From Marsupella aquatica (taxonomy: Eukaryota; Plantae; Marchantiophyta), in contig OZ316897.1 of assembly GCA_973895155.1 (NCBI GenBank), positions 21,489,455 to 21,553,454 on the forward strand: a stretch of 64,000 nucleotides of DNA, in the 5' to 3' direction. The notes under the pieces are model-generated. The model was not told where the DNA came from, searched no databases, and worked only from the letters and a program-made list of their open reading frames with translations. The translations under genes and the position numbers were made by a program. The stretch's first letter is position 1; the number at the start of each line of letters is the position of its first letter. This document shows positions 12,800-24,914 of this stretch, one piece after another.

Positions 12800-15700
12800 C
12801 AAGATGACAGCGTGAGTGACCCCACTTTTAGTCATTCATATTGAAGCACTATTTAATTCACAAATGACCCAATGAACTCCCTTGTACCTCCAAAGAGAAC
12901 CCCCCAATAGCCTTTGTAAGGACCACATTTCCAATCATTTGGAACTTCTTACCTGTAGTATGACAACCAAAATGACCCTAATTTGAGGTGTTTTCATTAA
13001 TGACACACCATGAGGGACCTGTCTAATGACCACAAATATGACTATAAAAATGACCCTATATGTAGTCATTGGCATTAATGACACACCATTATGTGAAAAT
13101 GACCCAATGAAGAGTACATTACCTCTCGGAGTGCCCCCTTACAATTCATTTGGAATTTAATAGAATATATCCAAATCCAAATATCGGCACAAACATGACA
13201 TAGTTATATAGAAGGACATAGTCTTCCACTAGTATTGCATTATATATCTCTTGGAGAGACAAAAACAATTTTTGTTTGCCGTTTGGATAGGACAGTATGC
13301 ATGCAGGGTACGTGACACTTTTGGCAAATCACTCCAAAGTTGTATGACTTGGGAGTGATTTCCCCAAAGTTACATTGTGCCTAAAGTAAATGCAAAACAC
13401 AGCTCCAAAGTGCTACTGGTGCAACTAGTGGTTGGAGAATGGTAAATATAGTATTTTGCACCTAGTAGAGGGGTTGCGAGCTCTATGTGGGGCCACATGG
13501 CACTCTAGGGCCCGCCTCCAACCCTTAGCCCCAAATTGGTCATTCATGCTTGTCTCCAATGATTGCACTAGGGACATCTCAAATGACTCAAAGTCCAGTC
13601 ATTTGCCTTATATGACATCCCATATGACCAATTCAATGACCCTGCTTGTAGTCATTGGCAATTATGACACGACTTTGTTAAAAAATGACCCAATGAAGGT
13701 CCTAGTACGTCAAGAAAGAGGCCGCTTTAGATTTCTTGTAAAATAGGAATATTCCTATTCCTTTAACCAACACACATGTCCACCGTAGAGGGAAGCACCA
13801 CTACCATGCCCATCCCATTGGTGTTGCACTACCTCGTTGAGGAACTAAACAAATGGCTCCATTTGCCTTAGGAACATAAGATATTCATGATCCATGTTGG
13901 TGCTTTTGGCAAATCACTCCAAAGTTGTATGACTTGGGAGTGATTTCCCCAATGTTGCATCATCCCTTAAGTAAACGCAAAAACTCACATGAGGTACGGT
14001 GCTAATGGTGCAACTAGTGGTTGGAGAATAGTAAATATAGTATTTTGCACATAGTGGAGGGGTTGCAAGCTCTATGTGGGGCCACATGGGACTCTAGGGC
14101 CCACCTTCAGCCCCTAGCCCCAAACTTGTCATTTGTGCTTCTGTTTAATGACTGCATGAAAGGCCACACAAATGACCACAAGTCTAGTCACTTGACTTAT
14201 ATGACTTCCCATATGACAGTTTTAATGACTTGACTTTTGGTCATTGGCATTTATGACAAGTCATTGGTCACATATGACCCAATAAAGGCCCTAGTACCTC
14301 CAAAGAGAACCCGCAATTGCAAGGTTGGAATATTCCTCTTCCCTAAACCCGCACCCACACCATACTGAGAAGCACGATTCCCCTGCCCATTCCATTGGTG
14401 CAGCACCACCTCTTGGAGAACCAAAAAACAAGTTTTATTTGCCTTTGGATGTGATGGTGTGCATGCATGGACACACTTTTGGCAAATCACTCCAAAGTCA
14501 TATGACTTGGGAGTGATTTCCCCAAAGGTGCATCATGCCTTAAGTAAACATCAAAACATGTGTCCAAAGTGTTTATGTTGCAACTAGTGGTTGGACAATG
14601 ATGAGTATTATAGTGTCCCGCACCCAGTGGAGGGGTTCTCACCTCTATGTGGGGCCCCATCGCACTCTAGGGCCCACCTCCAGCCCCTAGCCCCAAACTG
14701 GTCATTAGTGCTTGTGTTTAATGACTGCATGAGGGACCACACAAATGACCACAAGTCCAGTCACTTGACTTATATGACAGTCCATGTGACAAATTTAATG
14801 ACCCTACTTGTAGTCATTGGTATTTATGACGGGCCATTGCTCACATATGACCCAATAAAGGCCCTAGTATCTCCAAAGAGAGCCAACTTTAGATTCCTTG
14901 CAAGGTTGGAATATTCCTCTTCCCTAAACCCGCACCCACACCATACTGAGAAGCACGACTCCCCTGCCCATTCCATTGGTGCAGCACCACCTCTTGGAGA
15001 ACCAAAAAACAAGTTTTATTTGCCTTTGGATGTGATGGTGTGCATGCATGGACACACTTTTGGCAAATCACTCCAAAGTCATATGACTTGGGAGTGATTT
15101 CCCCAAAGGTGCATCATGCCTTAAGTAAACGCCAAAACATGTGTCCAAAGTGCTTATGTTGCAACTAGTGGTTGGACAATGATGAGTATAGTGTCCCGCA
15201 CCCAGTGGAGGGGTTCTCACCTCTATGTGGGGCCCCATCGCACTCTAGGGCCCACCTCCAACCCCTAGCCCCAAACTGGTCATTAGTGCTTGTGTTTAAT
15301 GACTGCATGAGGGACCACACAAATGACCACAAGTCCAGTCACTTGACTTATATGACAGTCCATATGACAAATTTAATGACCCTACTTGTAGTCATTGGTA
15401 TTTATGACGGGCCATTGCTCACATATGACCCAATAAAGGCCCTAGTATCTCCAAAGAGAGCCAACTTTAGATTCCTTGCAAGGTTGGAATATTCCTCTTC
15501 CCTAAACCCGCACCCACACCATATTGAGAAGCACGACTCCCCTGCCCATTCCATTGGTGCAACACCACCTCTTGGAGAACCAAAAAACAAGTTTTATTTG
15601 CCTTTGGATGTGATGGTATGCATGCACGGTGACACTTTTGGAAAATCACTCCAAAGTCATACGACTTGGGAGTGATTTCCCCAAAGGTGCATCATGCCTT

Positions 15701-16380
15701 AAGTAAATGCCAAAACATGTGTCCAAAGTGCTTACGTCGCAACTAGTGGTTGGACAATGATGAGTATAGTGTCCCGCACCTAGTGGAGGGGTTCTCACCT
15801 CTATGTGGGGCCCCATCGCACTCTAGGGCCCACCTCCAACCCCTAGCCCCAAACTGGTCATTAGTGCTTGTGTTTAATGACTGCATGAGGGACCACACAA
15901 ATGACCACAAGTCTAGTCACTTGACTTATATGACAGTCCATATGACAAATTTAATGACCCTACTTGTAGTCATTGGTATTTGTGATGCAAATGTTTTTAG
16001 AAATGACCCAATAAAGATTACACTAGCTCCTTGAATGCCCCATCACTATTCATTTGCAAATTAAAATATTGCCCATCCAAACATTGGCACAAACATGACA
16101 CAATTACAACAAAGGATGACAAACTTCCATTGGTATTGCCCTACTTCTTGGAGAGACAAAAAGACTTCATTTGCCTTTGGATACGATAGTATGCATCTAT
16201 ATATGGTAACACTTCTGGCAAATCACTCCAAAGGTGTATGACTTGAGAGTGATTTCCCCAAAGCTAGGTGCATCACGCCTTAAGTAAATGCAAGACATGT
16301 GTTCAAATTGCTAATACCGCAACCAATGGGAGGACAATGATGAGTATTGTGTCCCGCATTTAGTGGAAGGGTTATCAACT
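12800..16380. repeat. Tandem array of ~573-585-bp units (about 6 copies) inside the CACTA element
   Basis: GGCAAATCACTCCAAAG landmark at 13323, 13908, 14481, 15062, 15640 and 16216. Central copies are nearly identical and edge copies diverged. Confidence 0.92.
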
Positions 16381-16475
16381 ATATCAATGACTCTACAATT
16401 ATGATCGATGTATGGAATAACTACTGAGTATTTTAATCTTCATATCTCTTGGGTTCTTTAATGACTCTATAAGTA

Positions 16476-17059
16476 GTCATTTATGCAATAAGTCCATAAT
16501 GACTGTATGTTATTGTAAACATTGATATATCATGATTTTTAGATTGACCCTATATTTAGTCATTTATGCGACAAGTCCATAATGACAGTATGTTGTTGTC
16601 AACACTGATATATCCTAGTTTCAGTATTGACTATGGAGTTAGTCATTTATGAGAGAAGTCCATATTAATGACAGTATGTTCTTGTAAATATTGATATGTC
16701 CTAATTTCAAGATTGACCCTAGAGTTAGTCATTTATGAAAGAAGTCCATAATGACGGTATGCTATTGTAAACACTGATATGTCCTAATTTCAAGATTGAC
16801 CCTAGAGTTAGTCATTTATGAAAGAAGTCCATAATGACGGTATGCTATTGTAAACACTGATATGTCCTAATTTCAAGATTGACCCTAGAGTTAGTCATTT
16901 ATGAAAGAAGTCCATAATGACGGTATGCTATTGTAAACACTGATATGTCCTAATTTCAAGATTGACCCTAGAGTTAGTCATTTATGAAAGAAGTCCATAA
17001 TGACAATATGCTATTATAAACACTGATATATTCTCATTTTCAGATTGACCCTATGTTTT
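16476..17059. repeat. 83-bp tandem repeat, ~7 copies (CACTA subterminal)
   Basis: GTCATTTATG starts at 16476, 16559, 16642, 16728, 16811, 16894 and 16977. Confidence 0.92.
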
Positions 17060-20000
17060 GTCATTTAACACCGTTGGTTAAAATGACGGAAATACATTTT
17101 TTGTCATTTATCACCGTTGACCAAAATGACCCAAATAAATTTTTGGTCATTTCAATCATTGTCCAGAGTGACTATAATGGTGCTAAACATTGATTTATCA
17201 TTGTTGTTATTAATTGCGTCATTTAAGACATGTGTCTAAATTGACCATTTAGGGAAATTGGGTCATTTTGGTCACATCAGTCATTACAAACATTATACAA
17301 AATGACGCAAAAGTTAACATTTTGTCATTTCAGTCTATTGGTCATTTTGGACAGTCATTCTCTTGTCATTCTTTTTGTGTCATTAGAAATTTTGGTCATT
17401 TATTCATCTCCGTCATTGGGTGATTGGTCATAAAGGGCCCTGTTTTCTTCTAGTGCCCTCTCATGGTTTACTTTTCAACTATACCGTCTCGAACTCTGGT
17501 GGCTTTACCTTTACCTGCTTTGATCGGCGTGGTTTGTTGACCTTTTTGTTTCTTTGCTTTCGGTCGATCGATAATTCTGAACTCGGACGTGCTAGTTATT
17601 GGTCTCTTAACTCCCTTATTAAGCTGGTCGTTATAGCTGAGCATTCTCGAACGGCAGACTAACTGACAGACAAGTTTAGCACAAAGTACTCCCAACTTGC
17701 ATTTTTGATAGTTTAGTTCGTAGTTTTCAATTCAGTTCTAATTGATCTTGGCGCCTTCCATGCATGCAGCTGTGATGTCAACAAAAGTTGCGTTCATGGA
17801 TTTGGCGAGGGTCGACCATCTTCAAAGAGTTGTTAAGCTCTTATGGGACGTTGAGGTAAAGTTCATGCGTTTGCTTCATTTGCATTCTTCAAATTGTGGT
17901 TTTGTTTAAGAGATCATTGTGATCTTCAAGCCACAGAAGTGTGGAAGGTCTTCAAATCCGCGATCAGTATAGACACCTCTGATCCGCGGACATAACCAGC
18001 AGTAACCTCATTTTCCTCTGACATAATCAGCAGTAAAACGCATCCACATTGAGCTGATTGTAGCCCTTTCCTTCTTCAAGTCCTCGATCTTCAGGACTGC
18101 ACATGCTTGCCTTTGATCATCTCCATCTGAGTTCTAATCTAACCACCCTAGACTCTCTCCTATTCTGTCGAGTTGGTGTTCCCTGCTGGATTCATTTGTG
18201 TGCCGGTCCTATCTGCTGATTTCTTCTCTTTCCAGGGATCTCCAGTAGGTGATTCTCGGTGACTCACTCCTAGCCTGGAGTTACTTGGCCGTCCGTCTGC
18301 AACAATGTATGCTTGGAGAATTTTGTCGGCTCCTTCCTGACTGCCTCAAATCGAAGTCGAGGCTCTCCTTCACTATCCTCGGCTCTCGCCATTAATTGGC
18401 TGTTTTGGTCTCCTACTGTCTCGTTGATGTATATGTATCTGTGATATTCTATTCTCTTCCCTCCCGTCTAGCGGGGTCGGGAGTATATTACAGGTTTGTT
18501 TCTACTTGATAGGGTTGCTGACTAAAATATGTATATTCTAGCTGATGCGCATTCAACTTCTGTTTGGTGCTCAATTTGGAGTCTACTTATTCCGTTGCAT
18601 GGCTTGGTTTTCTCGTATTGGACTTTGTCTGGGTGATGCGCCTTTTACTCCCCCACCGGGCTGTTTCGGATCTTTGGCTGGAGACTTCCTTTTCACTTTG
18701 GCTATTGGCAGTTGCCCTCCCCCGGAGACTGGAGTTACATCTGCATGATTGTGCTCCGTTCTGGTCACCCTCTCTTGCCAAGTGCTTCTGGTTCAATACG
18801 CTCAAGATGTACAAATGATAGAAGTTGTCCCATAGAATCCAAGTTTTCCATGCTACCAAGTGTTAACTTCATATCTGGATGATGTAGGCTCGTGGAATGG
18901 AGACTTTGGCAGCACAGGTGTTGATCAATGAAGTAACCAAGCGTGGAGGCCAATTGACTCACTATGACAGGTATGTGATAACATAAACCACTAATGACAG
19001 ATGACAGAGGCTCGATGTCTCTCCTCTGGTTGACATGAGATAAGAGTAGCTAGAAATCTAGATTTTGTTCATATATTGAAAGCCAGACACTGCAGGTAAA
19101 CACAGGCTATGAGACTCCACTTCCTTCCATTTGGCAGCATCAGGTCTGGTCATAATTATATAGCCTCCTTGCGTGACCGAGGAAAGTCATATATCCTATT
19201 GTAAGGTGGTGGATATAGGAGCCGCAACATACTTAGTTGTGCAGACACATAGACGGAAGGACAACAGTTTCAAACCTAGCTTGAGCTACCGGCAGTTCTC
19301 ACATTCTGTTTTAACATCGCTCAAGATAGAAAAGAATACTGCTAACACTATTGAATTTCTGGATGCATGGCCCAGGATTAACAAGAAGACAACAATCTGA
19401 GCCCAACAAGTGACCTGTCAACAAACAGCCATTCTGACTTCATGGATGAGAATTCTCAGCCCCGAGTGTACTGTGCATGCAAGTACAAATGTGCCCAGAG
19501 TGCAGATGGTTATAACATGATTCCTAAGACCACCCGTAGACGTCACTCTCATAAAGATGACATAGGGGAAGTCTTTCAATATCCTAGTGCTACTACCCAT
19601 CCTCCAGGTGTTACTTGTGATATGAACCCCCAGGATATGAGCTTACAGCAGGAAGAGCTTGGTTTCAATATGGATTCTGGCAGTCATTTGAGGCTAGCTA
19701 AGTGCATCTGCCAATTATGTGGTGAGATTGGAAAAATGATTCCAAGGAATACCCAAAGGAGGCATATGAGCATCAATAGTTGGGCACAGAGATTGCGAGT
19801 AAGAGACTCAACATTTGACAAAGGTAATGAGGCCACACTTGAAGAAGATCTGAGAATTGAAGAGTTACAACACTTTGTCTCAGGTACAGAAGAAGAAACT
19901 TATGATCCCAGAATGGAAAGCTACCCACACGAGGACCACTGGATGGAGGGTTTGCAACAATCATTCCAAGAGGAATATGAATTTGATGATAATTGTGTTG

Positions 20001-21073
20001 CAGGGCCGACTATCAACATCCATGAAGAGAAGGGAGAACCAGATCAACATAATACTGTGAACTGTTTGGATGATGCTATCCTAGAGACGGTGATAGAACT
20101 TTTTTCAGTTCTGGATCATCACAAAGTAAGCATTGCTTGTCAAAAGAGAGTCTTGAAAATATTATTTCGTGGCATGAAGAAAGACCAAGATTCCATTGAC
20201 ACTGTTGAGAATCCTATAGATTACAGAGGATTGTCTTTGGCAAGGCTGTTCTGTTTAGCTGGCTGTGAATGGAGTGGAGGTGAAAATGGGATGGCTGCAC
20301 CTCGAACTTGGGATTGACTGATGGAAGTATATGAGATGAATGGAATGACTGTTGTTGATAAATGGCAAATATGCACAGGAGAAGTAGGAGTTGAGCATAC
20401 TCCAACAGTTTTTAAGCTCTTAGATGAATACACCATGTGCCCTTTTGAAGGTTGTGGAATTGACAAATCCAAAATTTGTACATTCAATTATTTGCCGTTA
20501 GCAAAAATCTTCACTTCACTTTTTCAAAGCCAGACCTTTTGCTATGATATTCTGCGTATGTGGCAGAATCGATCAGAGTGGCTACCTGAGTTGGAACAAA
20601 GACCATTTCATATAGATGAGTTTTGGCATGGCACCAAGATACAGGAGTACAAGCAATTCTGGGATCCTGAAAGTATTTGGCAGCAACCGTTGATCTTTCC
20701 CAATGTCAAGTGCAGAAAGTCTTATCGATTATGGCCATCCATTTGTGAAGAGAACAAGAAGCCTTAAGGGATGAGTCCAAAGCCTTATTTCTCTTTTAAA
20801 AATCTTCATGATATTAAAAAGTGTATACCAAAAAACCACCAAAAAATGGTATGTATTTTCCAAACTAGACTCAAGAGAATTTTACCACCAAAATCTAAGC
20901 ATATCTTATATGATATTCTCACAATTGTATAAACCTTGAAATATGCACTTTATAAAAGTAATCGAAATCAAACTCATCGATCAGAGTTTAAGTCAAACTC
21001 AAAGTTTTACAAAATATAACCCAACTTAAGCCCAAGTGGTTTCAAATGCTACGAGTCCCTCTATTTATCTAGT

Positions 21074-24000
21074 CTAATCCAAAGGGACCGCTTCCCCTTC
21101 CTCGGTTCCGGAAGTCCCTGTCGTCAATTCTGGAACAATTGTGGCATCGTCAACCACGCTATCCTCTCCGGCCTGAGGAATGTCTTCCTCACTCTCCTCA
21201 TCCATCTCCCCCTGTCCGTCTTCCTCTTCAATGTTATCTGCAAGGTTAAGAATCCTCCCTTTCAACACACTGCTCTGTCGCTCGTCAATCTCAATGGCAA
21301 CGCAATGTCTCCCCATGGCCAAGGAGGAGGTTGTCCCAGTCCCTGATCCTGAACAAATATCCAAAACCCAGTCTCCAACCTGACTAAAATGACTCACTTC
21401 CCAATCTAACAATGCACGTGATTTCTGATAAACATTCACTGCCTTGTTATCCCCGTTGTGTTTCAGCTTCTTAGTCACAGCTGCGCATACAACCACATTG
21501 TTCCTTGATTCATTTGTGTCAAAATTGAAGTGCTCCAATGACCGTTTACCATCCTGGCTGTGAAAGCCAATTGTAAAGCACTCAAAGTTGCTGTTCAATC
21601 TTGGTCCACCAGCATTCTTCACATTATCCTTAACCCTGAAAAGTCACAAAAAGTCAAGGAGTTATTTAAACTAAGAAACATGGTTCATGAAATCATGAAT
21701 AACTAATAGTTGTTTTTTTCAGAAACAAATATTTCTTACCACACACAATTCTGGAACCCTCCATTACACTCCGCTTTCAAAACGGTCTTGATGGCCTCAT
21801 ATTGGTCAAGGCTGTGGTGAATGATAATACGCCACAACTTTGCAGTAGTAGCCACCTTGAACGATTGGACCATTTTTGTGATCTCCTCAGTTCCCCATCC
21901 AATAGTGTCTTCATGAAGACATCCAGGCAATGCAAACCCGTAGGGAATATCCACTAAAGCTAATGTGTAAGCCCGACCCGGAACCACCTCATGTAATCGC
22001 TGAGCATCATGAGTAAAAATATCATAGTGCACATCACCAAACTCTGGATGCTCAAACGAATTTGGATGAAGTTCCCCCTCTTGGGTTTGCCGACTAGAAG
22101 TCTTCATGGATAGCCAATTTTGGGCTTGCACAATATGCGCATTGAATTTGTCCGGGAATGACTTGAGATCTTTGCCTTCCTCATCTCCCTTCTTTTTCCG
22201 GGAGGTGGTATCTTTCTACAAAAAGGAACTGTAGAATTAGAAACAAGGATTCCAAATATTAAATGAATTCAAACAATCATTCGAAGAAAGGTGACAGAAT
22301 CTTACCCATGTCTGGAAAATAGGTACGAAATTCTTAAGCACATTGTCTGTGCAATGCTCAGGGTACTTGGTTTTACAACCTGACCAACTCTCCTCGTGTA
22401 GACACGTGAGGAAGGCCTTCTGCACCTGCATCTGAAATTTGTGTCGAGTAAATTCGTGACCCATTTCCTGTAAAGAGAGTTCTTTAGTAAGAACTCTCTG
22501 TAACACTGGGCAAATCATATCAGGATCTTTCAAGGCCTGCATGTGTCTCCACTCTGTTAATTTCATGTCCTCATAAGGCAATTTGGCATCTCCAGACTTA
22601 GAGACTTTCTTCTTGCCTTTGTCTCCTTTTTGACCTTTGATCTCACACATCTCCCACTTGTCACAAATCTGCCTCACAAATGACCACACAGGATCTTGTC
22701 GGAATGCCAACTGAAATAGGTTATCATTGGCATTAAGAACCTCAGCATCCTTTCGTACACCCCAATCCTTGAGATTGATTTCAGTAGCACACTCTTTCTT
22801 GAAATCCTGGTTGGACGACAATCCATTCTCAACAAATCTCATGTGAATATAATTTACTCTCTGGATTGTCGTCATCTGTTGTCGAAATTCAGAATCAATA
22901 TTGTGACTCCACGCCAGGTTTCTTGCCTCTTGCACACTCAATCCCGCAAATATCCAAGATTGCACTCTCCAAAATGCCTTGTTGTTAGGGAACTGAAGAG
23001 CAAGGTCTGCTTTGGCACAGGCTGAATGGTTGCCCCCAATCACATAATAATGGTAATCAGCTTTCCTTGAAAAATCAAAGTCTTGCCTAGTAGCACACTC
23101 CTTCGGATCCACCAAGAGGACAAACGGAGCTGCAAGTGGACTGGCACCTACAGTCTTCATCCGCAAGGTCAATTGGGTCAAGAAATATGGTTGGATGTGT
23201 CGGACCTGGTAAATGGGCAAGCCCACAGCCTTCTCTCTCACTGGAGGATAAAGTTGACCAATGTCAACGGTCACGGTCTCCTCTTGAACACCACATCTTC
23301 CCAGAATCTCCTCCTGGTACAATACCCGTGCATCCATTGACATTGATTGAGCCTTTTGCTCCAAATGCGTTGGAATTTTCTCCAAAGTCTTCTTTTTTGA
23401 CTTTGTAGCACTGGGCTCGGTAGGCTCAGGAGTCATAGCAGGTCGCTTCTTTGAAGAAATGCGAGTTCCAGTCGTACCTTGTGCCGACCCACCAGTCAAA
23501 GCCGTTCCCTGGGATGATCTGCCAACTTGAGATCCCCCTCCAGATGCTGTTGCTTCCCGGGAGGTTGTAGGCGCTACCACGGTCAAAATATCATTGGGTA
23601 AAATGCTAGGCCTGGATCCAGAAGGAACACCGGAAGCCCCAGATTTGGGTGGACGACTTACTCCCTTCTCTGCCGACCTTTTCCGGAGAATCTCTCTTGA
23701 TTTTCGGATTGCACTCTTTAAAGTGCTAGCGTGAAATTCAAACACAAAACTAGAAATCTTTCCCGCGACGTCGTGGTAACGTTCCTCACTCGAAAGAGAC
23801 TTGACAGTCTCAATGATGCTATCGATGTCCTTATCGAGATAGCAGGTGGCAGCCATTCCAGAAAACCTCTCCACATCCACGACAATCAAAGTTGATGTTT
23901 CCTTTGTTGTGATCAACATGTTCACAACTTCGTCGCCCCGTCGAAATACATCGATGCGGCCGTAATTTACCCACCCTAATGCCCCCGATGGAAGCCCCTC

Positions 24001-24135
24001 AAATACACACAGCATTAGGAAGGGCTTCTTCCATGTTTTCGTCCCTAAGGAAATCGTCCAGGATGAGTTGTGGAAGTCCGTCAAAGGATGGCGCGAAAAG
24101 ATGTCATCCACCAGCTCTTCCTACGACATTGTCAT
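21074..24135 (-). CDS. ParB/Srx-like domain + beta-class N4C/N6A DNA methyltransferase fusion (~955 codons, 3 exons; TAG at codon 5)
   Basis: Exons 24135-22306, 22215-21740 and 21635-21074 join in frame at GT-AG sites. ParB-like YQVRHI...YYVIGGNHS...LAWSHN. MTase motifs YTLALVDIPYG (IV), CVWVKDN..NFE, YQKSRALL..EVSHFSQVGDWVLDICSGSGT (X/I) and GRHCVAIEID. Confidence 0.85.
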
Positions 24136-24300
24136 GTTTTTGCCTGATCTTCAAACCTGAGAACATACCACAAAATCAGTCCACTTCAACCCCAACCTGC
24201 GAGACAAAGTGCCACAGAACCAAGGAATGTGCCAACAAATGGCTACTAAAACCGTGTCCTTACGGATCTAACAACGCTCTCGGCCACCCCAGGACTCCTA

Positions 24301-24366
24301 TCATGAATTCATGAAGGGAGTCTCCCTCTCGCTCCGACCTTCATGAATTCATGAAGGGAGTCTCCT
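24301..24366. promoter_or_regulatory. Duplicated palindromic TCATGAATTCATGA-AGGGAGTCTCC element in the divergent promoter
   Basis: Two copies 40 bp apart (24301 and 24341) between the head-to-head methyltransferase and transposase genes. The regulatory role is inferred. Confidence 0.45.
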
Positions 24367-24914
24367 CTCTCTTTGCTTGTACACCTCGGTGATGCAGAAG
24401 GGTATTTAAAATAGGGTTCGGAGGGGGGTGACTTGAAGAAATCACCCAGGGCCTAAATTACTACCTAAAACAGGGTCGAAATGAAGTGCGACCGCGACAA
24501 CTTGCGACACGTCGCCGATGAGTGCTGAAAATGGCACGAAATTGGACACCGAGATTGTTTTTCACTCTTTTACAAAGGAAATCCAAATGACATTGAGTGA
24601 AAATGAATGGGCTGCCCCGTGTTCCTTGGTTATACATACTAATCACGGATCAGGCGCGACTTAGTAAAATTAACCCCGAATCATGATAAATCAATGTTTT
24701 CGGGCCAATTATTCATGAATATTTCGGGGTATTAACGGGAAAAAGCTTGCAAATTTCATGAATATTTGATATTTTTGAAGTTAAAAAGTCCCAACAATCC
24801 GTGAAAAACTATAAATAGGCTCGTTTATTCATGACTCTTGGTCATTATTTTGAGAAGATTTGTTAGATTTTACTGATTTTCTGAGTTTCTTGTCAATTTG
24901 CACTAGTTTTTCCA

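Larger units (their letters stand above)
1..17455 (-). mobile_element. CACTA/En-Spm DNA transposon (>17.4 kb; other end lies before position 1)
   Basis: Ends ...TGTTTTCTTCTAGTG at 17455 (reverse complement CACTAGAAGAAAACA). Dense GTCATT/AATGAC subterminal motifs at 1-480 and ~12800-17430. Encodes TnpD- and TnpA-like proteins. Predicted 3-bp TSD CCC (17456-17458) cannot be confirmed without the other end. Confidence 0.9.

Noticed and set aside
13432-16034. Repeated 70-168-aa ORFs in the 580-bp array
   Set aside because: Non-ATG starts, variable stops between units and no recognisable domain; by-products of the repeat.
16476-17059. Regular repeats resembling a CRISPR array (also 33535-33910 and the 580-bp hairpin array)
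   Set aside because: Whole units are repeated with no unique spacers, there are no cas genes, and the context is eukaryotic.
17460-18900. Possible degraded coding remnant flanking the CACTA terminus
   Set aside because: Many stops and no motif I can assign; left unannotated.
18960-18971. CACTATGACAG as the left terminus of the second CMC element
   Set aside because: No convincing inverted partner with a matching 3-bp TSD; the CATAGTG at ~34550 lies within the Copia LTR.
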